This document shows, piece by piece, positions 12,170 through 23,143 of a stretch of 64,000 bases of DNA. The DNA lies in NCBI GenBank assembly GCA_051599415.1, contig AP039703.1, forward strand, positions 186,001 to 250,000, written 5' to 3'. This stretch comes from Savitreella phatthalungensis. Lineage: Eukaryota. The notes beneath the pieces were generated by a model, which saw nothing but the letters and a program-made list of their open reading frames with translations, ran no database searches and was not told the origin of the DNA. Numbering within the stretch: position 1 is the stretch's first letter; each line of letters begins with the position of its first letter. Position numbers and translations under genes: made by a program.

Positions 12170-15100
12170 ATGTCAATTAGAGATCTCTTTGACGATCGCG
12201 CAATGCGTGATGACGACGATGAAGATGATGGCGACTACGACTCCGCAGACGATGCGCCTCGTCGAATTCGAAATGCAGATGCTGGCAGCGGCGGAGAGGA
12301 TGACGATGACGACGACGACGAAGACCCAGATAGTTCCGATGAGGACGAAGAGGATGACCCGGAAGAAGCCAGAAAGCTGAATGAGGGTTTCATCGACGAC
12401 GATGACGAGGACATGGGAGAGGCAGACGTCGATGCAGCTGCAGCTGACCGCAGGAGGAGGCGAAAGAAGAAGAGAAAGAGTAAGAAGCGCAAGCATCGCA
12501 CCGAGGATGGTGCCGATGGCGAAGCAGCAGACACCAACGGTAACAGCGGACGTGTACACGACGATGAAGAGCTCGACGAGGACGACCTCGACCTCGTCAT
12601 GGAGGCGACCGGCGAAGGTGGCAGACAACGTTTCAAGCGTTTGAAGCAGGCTGGTGCTGCAGCTACCCAGGATCTCACCAATATCTTCGACGAAGACGGC
12701 GAAGGTGAGAGTGACGACGAGGCTGCAGGTGCTGGAGAACGGCGTGCGGTAGGTGAGATGGACGACTTCATCGAGGATGACCTCTCCGAAGACGAATTTG
12801 ACCGTGCCGCCAAGCAGCAGCAGCGACGCAAGGCAGCAAAGGCAGGCAGAACAGCCACCTCTGTCGCCAACACAATCGGCATGGATGAGGATGCATACGA
12901 GCAGATTTATGAAGTATTCGGTGACGGTACAGAGTATCAAGACGCTCTCGACGCCGAGGCTGATGATTTGGCCGACAACGAAGCTGCAAACCGCGACCTT
13001 GCAGAAGTGTTTGAGCCAAGCGAACTCAAGGCTCGCATGGCCACAGACACGGATGAGATAATTCGGATAACAGACGAGCCTGAGCGCATGCAGATCTGGC
13101 GTGAGGCATACCGTGACAGACCCCTCGATGACACAGATTTCGACTGGCTGTGCTCCTGGATGCATGTCCAGCTCTGGGCTATTTTCGAGAAAGAGAAGCA
13201 GGAGGACTCGCGGCTACGAGCTCAGCAAAATAGCCGGCTGAAAGAGCTCCACAGAACCGCCGTCAGGCGCGTCCTCGAATTCTACACGCGTGAGCTGGTC
13301 GAGGTCCCTTACATCCGCGCACATCGCAGGGAGTACTTGCTGTGCAAGGACGAGGCCGCACAAGACATCGCAGAGGACAGGCGTGAGGACATCGAGCTTC
13401 TCCCTGTTGATCATCTCTGGCGCATGGTCAGACTTGAGGTGCGCTTTAGATCGATGCTGGACCGTCGCGATGCAGCCATCAAGATCTTCTCATCCCTTAG
13501 TATCGAGGACGATTCGTTTGCAGGCTTCATTTCCATGGATAAGCTTGAAACACTGCAAGATGCTGCTGACGTGCAGGAGTATCTTCACTTCCGCTACAGC
13601 GAGCGTATTCGTGACCTTCAGACAGTCGCATCCGGGCAGCGCAAGCGTGCAGGACGGTATCAGGTCTACGAGAAACTTCGCAAGAGCGATGTCTATAAGG
13701 TTGTCCTCGCATACGGTATCACGGCTGCGCAGTTCTCCATCAACATCAACGAAGGCCAGAAGCGCCACTATCCGGAAGATCCGGAGGAAATGCCGCTCGA
13801 CGTCGCCAAAGCCTATGTCGCGGATGACGCACTCAGCCCGCAGACGATGCTTGACCGCGCACGCGAGGGCTTTGTCGAAGAGCTTCTCCATGACCCAGCT
13901 ATGCGCAAGGCAATTCGTTACGTCTTTGCCAATATGGGTCAGCTCTTCATCAGGCCGACTGAAAAGGGCAAGAAGACAATCGACGACACCCACGAGTACT
14001 ATGCTTTCAAGTACGCCGATGAGCTCAGTGTTCTTGACCTCAACAACGCACCTGGAATGTTCCTGACAATCTGTCGTGCACAGGAGGAGGAGCTTGTCAC
14101 TGTCGATTTCAAACTGCGCGAAGAAGCTGCCATCATCACACAGTTCGCACTCAACATGCAGTCTGATGGTGTCTCAGATGTTGCAGAAGCTTGGAACAAG
14201 GAGCGCCATGCCGTTGTGCAGCTCATGATGGACAAATTCAAGCCGAGCATGTCTCGTCACGTGCTAGAGACGCTCCGCAGCGAATGCGAAGACAAGATTG
14301 CAGAACTCTGCCGGCACTCACTCTACCGCAGGCTTGATCAGCGTCGACCGTCGGGACGTAACAGCGGCAGAGTCCTTGCGGTATCCAATGGTGCCGGAGA
14401 GCAGCGGAAAGATGCAACAGTCCTCGTCGTCGTCGACGAGCGTGGTAAGGTTCAGCACACGACCAAGGTCGTCTCCATGCGCTTTGACGAGTCTCGTCTG
14501 AAATTACGCCAGCTCATCTCGGACCACCAGATCGGCGTCGTAGCGGTGTCGGGTTACTCTCCTGACGCGGCTCGTCTACTGAATGACATCGAGACTACGG
14601 CAATTGATATGTCTTCGTCCGAACGACCGGCTGTGCTGATGATCAACGACGAGGTCGCCCGCGTCTACCAAAGCTCCGCACGCGCTCAGTCGGAATACCC
14701 ACAATACAGTAGCCTCTACCGCTACTGTATCGCACTTGCGCATTACGTCCAATCACCCCTACACGAGTACGTCGCTCTTGAGCGAGACTCACTCATGGCA
14801 ATCAAGTTCCACCCACAGCAGGCACTTATCACGGCAGACAAGCTGTGGATGGCTCTGGAGTCCGCGATTGTGGACATGGTCAACCTGGTCGGCGTCGACA
14901 TCAATCGTGCGCAAGAATCCCTGTACGAGCGTAATCTGCTGCAGTATGTCTCCGGCCTTGGTCCAAGAAAGGCCGACCGGATGTTGACGCGGATAAGTCA
15001 CCAAGGTGGCTATCTTCGCTGCCGTACAGATATGGCTTCCCTGAAGTACGCGACTCGAAACGTCTTTGTCAACTGCGCCAGTTTCCTCCGAATCCCGTTC

Positions 15101-16426
15101 GACCGCACCTCGTTCACCGAAGCAACACAAGAGGAGCGCAAATTCATGGAGATTCTCGATGAGACGCGCGTTCACCCGGAGGACTACGAGCTCGCCAACA
15201 AGATGGCTGCAGATGCGGTCGAAATTGACGAAGAAGAGCTATCAGTCTTGCCTGGCGGTCCAGTACTCAAGATGCACGAAGACAACACGACGGACAAGAT
15301 TCAGGAGCTGATCTTGGAAGAGTACGCAGAAGAACTCCTGAGAGCCTTCAATCAGCCTAAACTGTGGACGTTGCGGCTTATTGCTCGTGAGCTCGAGCAT
15401 CCCTATGCAGAACTGCGCAGCGACTTCCGCCGTCTAACACCTGACCAGACCTTCACGATGCTGACGGGTGAATCGACGAATGCCCTCGACAAGGGCTCCA
15501 TTATTTCCGCAACTATCCGTCGCGTCCTACAACGTGGTGACATCATGGCTCGGACGTCGAGCGGCGTGGAGGTAGAGATCTCATCGTACGACTCGGGCGT
15601 GCCTGAAGGTGCAGACGTTGCGGCCGCCTTTAACGTCGATCAGGCGATCCAGATCGCCATCCTGAACCTGGACAAGGAGACATTCAAGGTTCAGGGATCG
15701 CTGCGGCCGTCTGACCTTGAGGCCGCGCGATCGCGGTCCTTGTCGGCAGCCATCGCTGCCCGCGGGCAGATGAAGTGGGGTGAGTTTGATGAGGAGCGTG
15801 ACAAGTCTCAAGCTCAAGCTGCTCAGGAAGCTCGTGAGCGTCAATCCCGTATCATCAAGCACCCGCTCTTCCGTCCGTTCACCGCCCGGCAGGCAGAGGA
15901 GTTCCTCGGTGGCATGCAGCGTGGCGATGTGGTGATCCGACCATCTGGCAAAGGTCCCGACCATATCGCAGTGACCTGGAAAGTCGCCGACGGCATCTTC
16001 CAACACATCGACGTGCTCGAGCTCGACAAGGACTCCACCCACAGCGTCGGCCGAGTGCTGCGTGTGGGCCAGCAAAAGTACTCTGACCTCGACGAGCTAG
16101 TGGTGTCGCACGTGAGAGCGATGTCCCGCAAGGTGGACGAGATCTCGACACACGACAAGTTCCAGCGAGGGTCTCGGGCAGACACTGAACAATACCTGTC
16201 CAAGTACTCGGAAGCGAACCCTCGAAGATCATGCTACGCATTCTGCTTCAACCGAACCCACCCAGGATACTTCGACCTCTGCTTCAAGGCAAACCCGAGA
16301 GCACCAGTCGGACACTGGCCCATCAAAGTCGTCCCTAACGCCTTCATGATGCGAGACAACCTCTACGCAGACATGCCTCAACTCTGCAACGGCTTCAAGA
16401 TGATGTTTGCCCAAGGTCGGTCCTAA
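12170..16426 (+). CDS. SPT6: Transcription elongation factor/histone chaperone Spt6
   Basis: Acidic N-terminus, FEPSEL, DEPERMQ, HhH (VSGLGPRKA), TRVHPEDY, S1 domain and tandem SH2 (RIIKHPLF...IRPSGKG...TWKVADGIFQHIDV). Confidence 0.96.
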   Translation: MSIRDLFDDRAMRDDDDEDDGDYDSADDAPRRIRNADAGSGGEDDDDDDDEDPDSSDEDEEDDPEEARKLNEGFIDDDDEDMGEADVDAAAADRRRRRKKKRKSKKRKHRTEDGADGEAADTNGNSGRVHDDEELDEDDLDLVMEATGEGGRQRFKRLKQAGAAATQDLTNIFDEDGEGESDDEAAGAGERRAVGEMDDFIEDDLSEDEFDRAAKQQQRRKAAKAGRTATSVANTIGMDEDAYEQIYEVFGDGTEYQDALDAEADDLADNEAANRDLAEVFEPSELKARMATDTDEIIRITDEPERMQIWREAYRDRPLDDTDFDWLCSWMHVQLWAIFEKEKQEDSRLRAQQNSRLKELHRTAVRRVLEFYTRELVEVPYIRAHRREYLLCKDEAAQDIAEDRREDIELLPVDHLWRMVRLEVRFRSMLDRRDAAIKIFSSLSIEDDSFAGFISMDKLETLQDAADVQEYLHFRYSERIRDLQTVASGQRKRAGRYQVYEKLRKSDVYKVVLAYGITAAQFSININEGQKRHYPEDPEEMPLDVAKAYVADDALSPQTMLDRAREGFVEELLHDPAMRKAIRYVFANMGQLFIRPTEKGKKTIDDTHEYYAFKYADELSVLDLNNAPGMFLTICRAQEEELVTVDFKLREEAAIITQFALNMQSDGVSDVAEAWNKERHAVVQLMMDKFKPSMSRHVLETLRSECEDKIAELCRHSLYRRLDQRRPSGRNSGRVLAVSNGAGEQRKDATVLVVVDERGKVQHTTKVVSMRFDESRLKLRQLISDHQIGVVAVSGYSPDAARLLNDIETTAIDMSSSERPAVLMINDEVARVYQSSARAQSEYPQYSSLYRYCIALAHYVQSPLHEYVALERDSLMAIKFHPQQALITADKLWMALESAIVDMVNLVGVDINRAQESLYERNLLQYVSGLGPRKADRMLTRISHQGGYLRCRTDMASLKYATRNVFVNCASFLRIPFDRTSFTEATQEERKFMEILDETRVHPEDYELANKMAADAVEIDEEELSVLPGGPVLKMHEDNTTDKIQELILEEYAEELLRAFNQPKLWTLRLIARELEHPYAELRSDFRRLTPDQTFTMLTGESTNALDKGSIISATIRRVLQRGDIMARTSSGVEVEISSYDSGVPEGADVAAAFNVDQAIQIAILNLDKETFKVQGSLRPSDLEAARSRSLSAAIAARGQMKWGEFDEERDKSQAQAAQEARERQSRIIKHPLFRPFTARQAEEFLGGMQRGDVVIRPSGKGPDHIAVTWKVADGIFQHIDVLELDKDSTHSVGRVLRVGQQKYSDLDELVVSHVRAMSRKVDEISTHDKFQRGSRADTEQYLSKYSEANPRRSCYAFCFNRTHPGYFDLCFKANPRAPVGHWPIKVVPNAFMMRDNLYADMPQLCNGFKMMFAQGRS

Positions 16427-16541
16427 ACCGAAAAAACAAAAATCCACCTCCACCACTGTACTTCCCACCCTGTGTAGAACGTATACATCCGCATTCCCGC
16501 ATGCCTTCATTGAATTTCATTCATCTACATCACCTCTCCCT

Positions 16542-18179
16542 CTACTCCCCGGCGCGCTGCCTATCCTGGAGTAGGTCGAATTGTTGAGCTTCCCTATCTA
16601 AGACGCGCCTTGCATCGGCTGCTGGTGCGGCATGAACGATCATCGTGAGGGCGCCGTTGATCTTGGCTGCGTTGTTGGCAGCCTGTAGTACGTCTGCGGT
16701 GCGATGGGCTAGCCTGTGGATGAGGGCGTCTGTGGTTGCTGAAGCTGCGAGTGCTGGTCCGTAGATGTCGAGGATACACATGGCCACATCCACGCACAGC
16801 TCTGTCATCCTAGGATCCCTTACACTCCGACACAACCACCTTAGCACACCCACCAGCCCCACATCATCACGATCGCTAAGCGCCTGGCGCAAGCCACTCC
16901 GACGTTTCAAATCGTGCAGCACAGCGTACACGGTCGCGGAACTCTGACGCTCCCCACCATCACGAGGAAGCACGAGATCGAGCGCGTCAGCATAGGCGTA
17001 CCGTCGCAGAGCTCTGTCCCAGGGATGTAGGGACTTGCCGTTGTCGGTGCGGTCGTCTGGGTTGATGATGGCGGATGCTGCGATGGTCTGATTTTGGTCG
17101 GTGGATGGGCGGTAGTCGTTGCCCCTGAGGAAGCGTTGTACGGTGAGTGATTTCGAGGAGGGAGGTTTTTTTGGAAGGGATTCGGGGGACTCGTCTTTGC
17201 GAGAGCGCGTGCGGATGCTCAGTGCGCCCGTGGACATGCCGACGACGAGGTGGCGGTCGTCCGGGGAGACGGCGACACTCATGACGGCAGATGGGTACCG
17301 GACACCGTGGACGACCTTGTAGTCCTGCGTATCGTAGATCTTTAGGTGGCCGTCGAGGCCGCCGGAGATGAGGCGCGTCCGCGTGCCGTTCAGTGCAAGC
17401 GAGGAGACACCCCGAGCGTGGTTCTGCAGGCTGCGCAACGGAATAGGTGACATCGCAACTAGATCCCACACGCGCGTCTCGAGGCCGCCAGCAGAAGCGA
17501 CCGTCGCCCCGGAACTCGCGATCGGCAGAACCTTCTCGACAGTCGCATCGTGGGAGAATCGAGCTACCTCGCTGCCTCGCTCCTGCACGCGGGAGTCCCA
17601 CACACGCACCGTGTTGTCGTATGCGCCTGACACGAACAGGTGGGCCGAATTTGGCATGCACGCGACCGAGCGGACATAGTCTTCGTGGCCGTTGAAGGTG
17701 TGAATGGCGTTGGAGGAGCCTAGATCCCAGACTCTGACGGTCTTGTCGTCTGATGCGGTCGCAAGTGTGGTCAGCGTATGTGGGGAGAAGGTGGCTGCAT
17801 GTGTTGGGAGCTTGTGAGCGTTGATCGTTTTGAGAATCGACCGTGATGCAGCATCGAATACTTGGACGAGTCCTGAGGCATCGCATGCTACGACCAGCTT
17901 CCCGTCTCTCCGGAATTCGGCCGTGTAGACCACATCCGTGAAACGGCTGATGGTGCGAGCAATGTGCCGCGTCCGGGCGCTGTATATCTGGACCCGGGTG
18001 GAGGAGGCTGCAAGAAAGTCGTGAGGTGCATTGTCACAGAAGTGGATGCCTGTGACTGCAGCGTACTCGTTGATCAGTAATGGCTTCTTGTACCGCCGCC
18101 AGAATCTAGCCTCTTTCGTTGGCGCAGAGATGCGAGCCGCAAAGTTGGTCTCTGCGAGCCGTGGCACGTCAGTAGCCAT
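16542..18179 (-). CDS. UTP15: U3 snoRNP-associated WD40 protein Utp15
   Basis: RFWRRYK N-terminus, FRRDGKLVVA, WD40 repeats (HEDYVRS, SGAYDNTVRVWD, SGGLDGHLKIYD) and a helical UTP15 C-terminal domain. Confidence 0.93.
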   Translation of the reverse strand: MATDVPRLAETNFAARISAPTKEARFWRRYKKPLLINEYAAVTGIHFCDNAPHDFLAASSTRVQIYSARTRHIARTISRFTDVVYTAEFRRDGKLVVACDASGLVQVFDAASRSILKTINAHKLPTHAATFSPHTLTTLATASDDKTVRVWDLGSSNAIHTFNGHEDYVRSVACMPNSAHLFVSGAYDNTVRVWDSRVQERGSEVARFSHDATVEKVLPIASSGATVASAGGLETRVWDLVAMSPIPLRSLQNHARGVSSLALNGTRTRLISGGLDGHLKIYDTQDYKVVHGVRYPSAVMSVAVSPDDRHLVVGMSTGALSIRTRSRKDESPESLPKKPPSSKSLTVQRFLRGNDYRPSTDQNQTIAASAIINPDDRTDNGKSLHPWDRALRRYAYADALDLVLPRDGGERQSSATVYAVLHDLKRRSGLRQALSDRDDVGLVGVLRWLCRSVRDPRMTELCVDVAMCILDIYGPALAASATTDALIHRLAHRTADVLQAANNAAKINGALTMIVHAAPAADARRVLDREAQQFDLLQDRQRAGE

Positions 18180-18584
18180 CTAAGCTGTCTCTTCCACGGC
18201 TGTTCTCGCGTACTGATTGATTTGATAAGATCTGAGCCTTAGGATGGACTGTAGTGCTGATTAACAGAGAGAGAGAGACTAGGTGTGATGCTTGTGCCAG
18301 GCACCCACCGTAATGTCATATGCTGCATTCATATGATTCTGTAATCCCAGTTATCAGCAGCCGTTCATCTTTCACGTGCAAATTTCTTCTGATGAGTGAA
18401 TGAATGCACAAACTCCAGAAAATTCATTTTCGATCGAGATCCAGCGATCGAATGCAGCGGCAGCCAGCTCACAAAGCAGCGTCCATGATAGCCACCAGTC
18501 TGATGGAGCAGCTTCTTCATCAGGAGTCAGACACACAGAGAGAGCATGCGTGTAACTCCGCTATCAGACGCAGGAGCCCAAGCT

Positions 18585-19520
18585 TCACCGTAAGTGTTCT
18601 TTTGAGTCGATATCATGGAGTCTGCGCCTGATTTGCCAGATACACGTGGTCTGAGTCTGCTGCTCTGCAAAGTCCTCGTAGCCCATCATCTGGCCGTGAT
18701 CTGTGATTTGCCATCCTGCAGCTCGTGCTTGCCTGTTGAACTGATCCACAATATCGTCGTTGCCGCGTCTGAGCGGGTACGCCACAAGTATCGCTGTGTG
18801 GTCGTGTGCGAGCGCATCGATTGCCGAGAGGAGCAGTGTTGGCTGATCGTGCGTATAGATGCAGTCGCTGGCGACGAGCAGGTCGAATTTGCCTTCAATG
18901 ACAGATCCTATTGGATCCTCCCAGTCAAGATGTGCCACCGTACAAGAGATTTGGTTGTGTGTGGCGTTGTGCCGAAGGTTGAGCAGGATCTCGTCTATAT
19001 AGTCTGTGAGGAGGATCGGTGTGGCGAGATTTGGGAAATACCTCGCGATTGCCATGCCCACGAGACCAGTACCGGCGCCGAGCTCGCAGATCCTCGTGTC
19101 CTCTCTGACATCACGCGAGCGGCTGAAGATCTCTGGCAGCTCGCGGGCAAGCAGGAACGATGTCAGCCAGGTCTTCAACCCAAGCGCATCCCCTTGCAGT
19201 CCTGGCTCTCGCAGCGTCAGAGATGCGCCGTTCGACAGAGCAAACGTGCGCGTGATACAGCCTACGGCAGTACGACCTGCGTTGCTGGCGAGCGCTGCAG
19301 ATGCAGCGTCACGGATGCTTTCAGCGGTGTCTGGTCCGGTCAGCCAGTCCAAAGGTGAAGCGACCACGCGTGTCAGCCACGAGATACTTCCAGCGTCCAG
19401 CGGCACAGGTGCAGGCTCTACAAACGTCGCCGCAGGTTTATGCAGCGATGCGATGGCAGTCAGAAGGACATCCTCCGTTGGATGAGCCTTCAAGACCGGC
19501 AGATCCAGCGGATCTATCAT
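18585..19520 (-). CDS. Family-16 protein-lysine methyltransferase (Efm2/Rrg1-like)
   Basis: LREPGLQGDALGLKTW, motif I ICELGAGTGLVG, LLTDY, LDW, FDLLVASDCIY; first in-frame ATG at 19520 (track uses GTG 19634). Confidence 0.8.
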   Translation of the reverse strand: MIDPLDLPVLKAHPTEDVLLTAIASLHKPAATFVEPAPVPLDAGSISWLTRVVASPLDWLTGPDTAESIRDAASAALASNAGRTAVGCITRTFALSNGASLTLREPGLQGDALGLKTWLTSFLLARELPEIFSRSRDVREDTRICELGAGTGLVGMAIARYFPNLATPILLTDYIDEILLNLRHNATHNQISCTVAHLDWEDPIGSVIEGKFDLLVASDCIYTHDQPTLLLSAIDALAHDHTAILVAYPLRRGNDDIVDQFNRQARAAGWQITDHGQMMGYEDFAEQQTQTTCIWQIRRRLHDIDSKEHLR

Positions 19521-19794
19521 TGGTGTTGGCCGCAGAGTGAAGGGTTGTAGGCGTTCATCGACGGGTATTTGTGCATCCGATGGTAATCGTGCATCCTTAT
19601 CAAGAATTCTGTCTCTTTGTCCGTGGCATTGCACACACTGGTTGGAAAGCAGACGTCAGATCTTGTATCGAGTGAGGGAGACCCTCTGGCTGAAGAGCAT
19701 CAAACGCTATCCTGGCACATACAAGCTTAATCACATCTGCTGGTTATGGGGCTTTGCACCGCTTGAAGAGGTCTGACCGACGGATACTTCCAGA

Positions 19795-21171
19795 ATGTCA
19801 GCACCACAGACGGCTGCGCCGAGCTACACATCCTTGGCCACCTTCCTCAGCTCGCTTGAGCGTGCGTTGTCTCGGCAGGAAGGACTGACCTTGGAACGAC
19901 TGCTATGTTTGAGTGACCGGGATAAGAATGCTGCGGTTTGGCGGCTGGCTGAGACGGGTGTGGTGTCTAGGGAGACTCTGGACGAGCATCTGTTGCGGGA
20001 ACAGGTGTGTCGGACGTCGCTGAGTGTGCACTGGCGGAGTGTTGCCGAGATGTTTTGGAAGGCAGCTGGATGTTTGGGCGATGCTTCTGGTGCGATTGAC
20101 GGGTTCGGGTACGTGTCTGCGATGGCAGGTGGGATATTGAAGGGGTTTGGCCAGGGAGGATGGGAGGCGTGGTTGCTGCCGGTGCTGTTCAGTGTCTGCA
20201 GGGATGTGAGAGTGGCTGGCGCGCGGGCGGATGCGTATGCGGCTTCGATGCACCTGGGAGACACCGCGCTCGGGACAACGGATGCACGCACGGCACTGCC
20301 AGGCAGTCGCGGACGAGAACACCTGGAAGAAGCTGCACGTATCATCAATCGCGCCTTCACGACCTGCATCACTGATAGAGCGTCGCTCGAATCTTCCCGC
20401 AAATGGGGCACATACTGCATTGTCGGTATCCTCTTTCGCACGTACTTTGCGCTTGACAAGTTGTCGCTTACAAGGAATGTGCTAAGGGCGATCGAGGTGA
20501 GCGAGCTGCCGCCGTTGCAGTATTTCCCGCGAGGTCATCAGCTCACTTGGCGTTACTACCTCGGTGTACTGGCGTTTATGCGGGAGGACTATGCTATCGC
20601 CGACAGAGAACTACAGACGGCACTCGACTTGAGCTCTACCGCAATCTCCCATCACAACGTCCAAATGATCTTGACGTATCTGATCCCAACACGCCTCATG
20701 ACCACACGGACACTGCCTTCTCTCGAGATCCTGCGTAAGTTTCCGAAGCTAGCAGGGCTGTACAGGCCGCTGGTGGCTGCCTTGAGGAGCGGCAACGTGG
20801 CAGCGTATGACAAGACACTCGTCAAGAATGAGCGCGAGCTCGTACGTCGCCGAGTCTACTTGACTTTTGAACGTACACGGATCTTATGCGTGCGGTCACT
20901 GGCACGGAAAGTGTGGCTCCTGAGAGGCCGCGAGACGCGACTGCCGGTGGATTGTTTCGTGGCAGCGCTCAACACAGGCAACCGTGAAAGTCCTGATGCA
21001 AGTCTCGTGGATGTAGACGAGGCTGAATGCGCAGTGGCCAACTTGATCTATGCAGGGCTTGTGAAGGGTTACATTTCGCGAGAGAAGCGGATGGTCGTCC
21101 TGTCTGCGAAAGACCCGTTCCCAAAGCTTGTGCGGGCGAGTCCAGGGGGAGCTCAGACGAGTACTGTGTAG
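19795..21171 (+). CDS. CSN12: PCI-domain protein Csn12 (Thp3-Csn12 complex)
   Basis: LEEAARIINRAFTTCITDR, SRKWG, LFRTYF, YYLG and C-terminal EAECAVANLIYAGLVKGYIS...VVLSAKDPFP. Confidence 0.88.
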   Translation: MSAPQTAAPSYTSLATFLSSLERALSRQEGLTLERLLCLSDRDKNAAVWRLAETGVVSRETLDEHLLREQVCRTSLSVHWRSVAEMFWKAAGCLGDASGAIDGFGYVSAMAGGILKGFGQGGWEAWLLPVLFSVCRDVRVAGARADAYAASMHLGDTALGTTDARTALPGSRGREHLEEAARIINRAFTTCITDRASLESSRKWGTYCIVGILFRTYFALDKLSLTRNVLRAIEVSELPPLQYFPRGHQLTWRYYLGVLAFMREDYAIADRELQTALDLSSTAISHHNVQMILTYLIPTRLMTTRTLPSLEILRKFPKLAGLYRPLVAALRSGNVAAYDKTLVKNERELVRRRVYLTFERTRILCVRSLARKVWLLRGRETRLPVDCFVAALNTGNRESPDASLVDVDEAECAVANLIYAGLVKGYISREKRMVVLSAKDPFPKLVRASPGGAQTSTV

Positions 21172-22910
21172 TAACTTGGCAGACAGAACTCGTCGTCGAC
21201 AAGTCTACGAAGGTGGGCAACGAGGAACTTTTCCACCTTCTCGGCGTCCTTCACCGTGTGTTTGGCACGCGCTCGCTTCCGTGCGAGCCTCGCAGCTTCA
21301 GCAGGATCTAGCGATGCATCGGTACTCTGAGCGACATCATCATTGTCGGCCATAAGCTTGGCTCCCCCTGCCTCGCCGCCAATAAAGGTTTCGACTTTGA
21401 GTGCGCGGATAGGGTGGCGGAGTGCCTCCGCTGCTGATCGATCCTGTTCCTCCGGTTCTGCTGACGCGGCTGCAGTCGAGGTTGCGCGAGGACGAGAAGG
21501 ACCGGTGCTAGTAGAAGCGCCATCATCTACGTCGTCGCTGATGGCTGATGCCTCACGCGACAGTCCTGTTCGCGGTGTAGGGTTAGCGCTGTCTAGACCG
21601 CCATAGTCAGGATCGTCCTCGTCCATGATTGCGAAATGAACGGCAGTGCCGTCTTCTCCGCCAATGTATGCTACCACTGCAGTAAAGTCGAGTGTAATGC
21701 TGGTGACGTCTAATCTGAGGGGCAAGCTGACAAAGCCTGGCGCAGGGTGATTGAGCGCGAGGTCAAGTGCAACAGAAAGCTTCAGTCGGCCATCGTAGCG
21801 AACGCGTACTTTCAGCTGGACGTCGCGGTCGCCTGGTCCGCGTTGCTCGGGGACTGGGTCATCGATCGGCAGAATCGGGGGTGGCTGGAACGGCGCACGT
21901 TGTGTTGAGGATGACTGGCGTCTTCGAGCACGCAAGAGACGCGGATCGCCACGGAGGTATTGTGCTGATGAAGATCGTCTGCGGTCTCGACGCGACATGA
22001 ATTGATTTTGTTGATGCTGGATCGACGGGTGAAAGAATGGATGTGGTGTTGTCAGTCCCGAGGCAGAGACGTAGCCACTGCCTTGACCAGGAGCACTACC
22101 GTCTGGAGAGTATAATGCAGAATGAAAGAATGGTACATTGAAGTTTTGCCAACCGGGCAGCTGTCTGGAGATGATGTCACCTGTGGCTGCGCTTGAGCCA
22201 GCGTGCTCTGCATACGGCGGCGGGTTGGGCGAAATGGCAGATGCGGTCTCAAAATCTTCGCTGCTTAAACCGGAAGTGTGGACGCTAGCATGGGTTGTTC
22301 GAGTAGGTGTGCCGGCGGCTGTGACGACGCCTGAGCGGAGCAATGCCCGACTGGCAAGACTACCTCTGGCATGCTGGTGGTGTTGCGGGCTTGTTCCCGG
22401 AGTGAAAGTTGGTCTGCGGGCAGCTGAATTCGATGGAGTACCCGCAAGGCCACGAGGTGTAGTGCCAGATTGCGAGCGTCGATTTGCGCTCGAAGCTCTC
22501 CGACTACGTGACGGCTGTGGAAAGTCATCCTCGTCCTCGTCCTCTACGACGGCGTGCTCATTGTGAAATGCACTGACATACTCGTAGTCTTGAACGAGAT
22601 CTTGGCTGTGCTCGTCACCGCTTAATCCGTTGGCGGATCCGCTTGTGATATCCGTTTCCTCGTCACCACTGCCACTACCGGAGTCGTCATCGTCGTCGTC
22701 GTCCGTATCATCCTCGTAGAAGAGCGGAAGTGGGTCTGTGACATCGAGAAGTTCAATCTCTGGTGGCGTTTCACCGATGGCGAGATCAAGGACTCGAAGA
22801 TTTCTGATGAATGCAGGCAATGGCGCTTCCTGAAGCTTGTCATTCAGGGCGGTTTGCACAGCACGAGCGATGTGTGCATCTAGCTTTGACCAGTCGAGAT
22901 CGATACTCAT
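21153..22910 (-). CDS. MDM12: ERMES subunit Mdm12 (SMP domain)
   Basis: MSIDLDWSKL, LPAFI, PPEIELLDVTDPLPLFYE, LNHPAPGFVSLPLRL, KVEKFL and C-terminal LPSYYTVLV; long disordered insertion. Confidence 0.92.
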   Translation of the reverse strand: MSIDLDWSKLDAHIARAVQTALNDKLQEAPLPAFIRNLRVLDLAIGETPPEIELLDVTDPLPLFYEDDTDDDDDDDSGSGSGDEETDITSGSANGLSGDEHSQDLVQDYEYVSAFHNEHAVVEDEDEDDFPQPSRSRRASSANRRSQSGTTPRGLAGTPSNSAARRPTFTPGTSPQHHQHARGSLASRALLRSGVVTAAGTPTRTTHASVHTSGLSSEDFETASAISPNPPPYAEHAGSSAATGDIISRQLPGWQNFNVPFFHSALYSPDGSAPGQGSGYVSASGLTTPHPFFHPSIQHQQNQFMSRRDRRRSSSAQYLRGDPRLLRARRRQSSSTQRAPFQPPPILPIDDPVPEQRGPGDRDVQLKVRVRYDGRLKLSVALDLALNHPAPGFVSLPLRLDVTSITLDFTAVVAYIGGEDGTAVHFAIMDEDDPDYGGLDSANPTPRTGLSREASAISDDVDDGASTSTGPSRPRATSTAAASAEPEEQDRSAAEALRHPIRALKVETFIGGEAGGAKLMADNDDVAQSTDASLDPAEAARLARKRARAKHTVKDAEKVEKFLVAHLRRLVDDEFCLPSYYTVLV

Positions 22911-23099
22911 CCGCGCGCAAGATCGACTCGAGTATCGAGGACTAGACCCTTAGCAAGCTGAAGTCACCACTCACGAGCATGGCTCACAGCAGATCCCAGA
23001 GCGGGAGTAACAACCAGTTGTCTATGTTCAGAGCGTTGTTGTGTAGAGTGATTTATGATGTAACGTGCATAGATGTTGTCTGTAGTCTGTGGTGATACA

Positions 23100-23143
23100 C
23101 ATGCACGAGTATATCCATGCACGAGTATATCCATGCACGAGTA
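23100..23143. repeat. 16-bp tandem repeat CATGCACGAGTATATC, ~2.7 copies
   Basis: Perfect copies at 23100 and 23116, partial copy at 23132. Confidence 0.85.

Noticed and set aside
12173..13165. Long antisense ORFs over genes (12173-13165, 12235-12882, 25651-26634, 2802-3473, 18615-19358 and others)
   Set aside because: Shadow ORFs of GC-rich, acidic or biased coding sequence; poly-Ser/Val translations with no motifs.
23100..23143. 16-bp direct repeats as a CRISPR-like array
   Set aside because: Adjacent tandem copies without spacers in a eukaryotic genome; an ordinary minisatellite.
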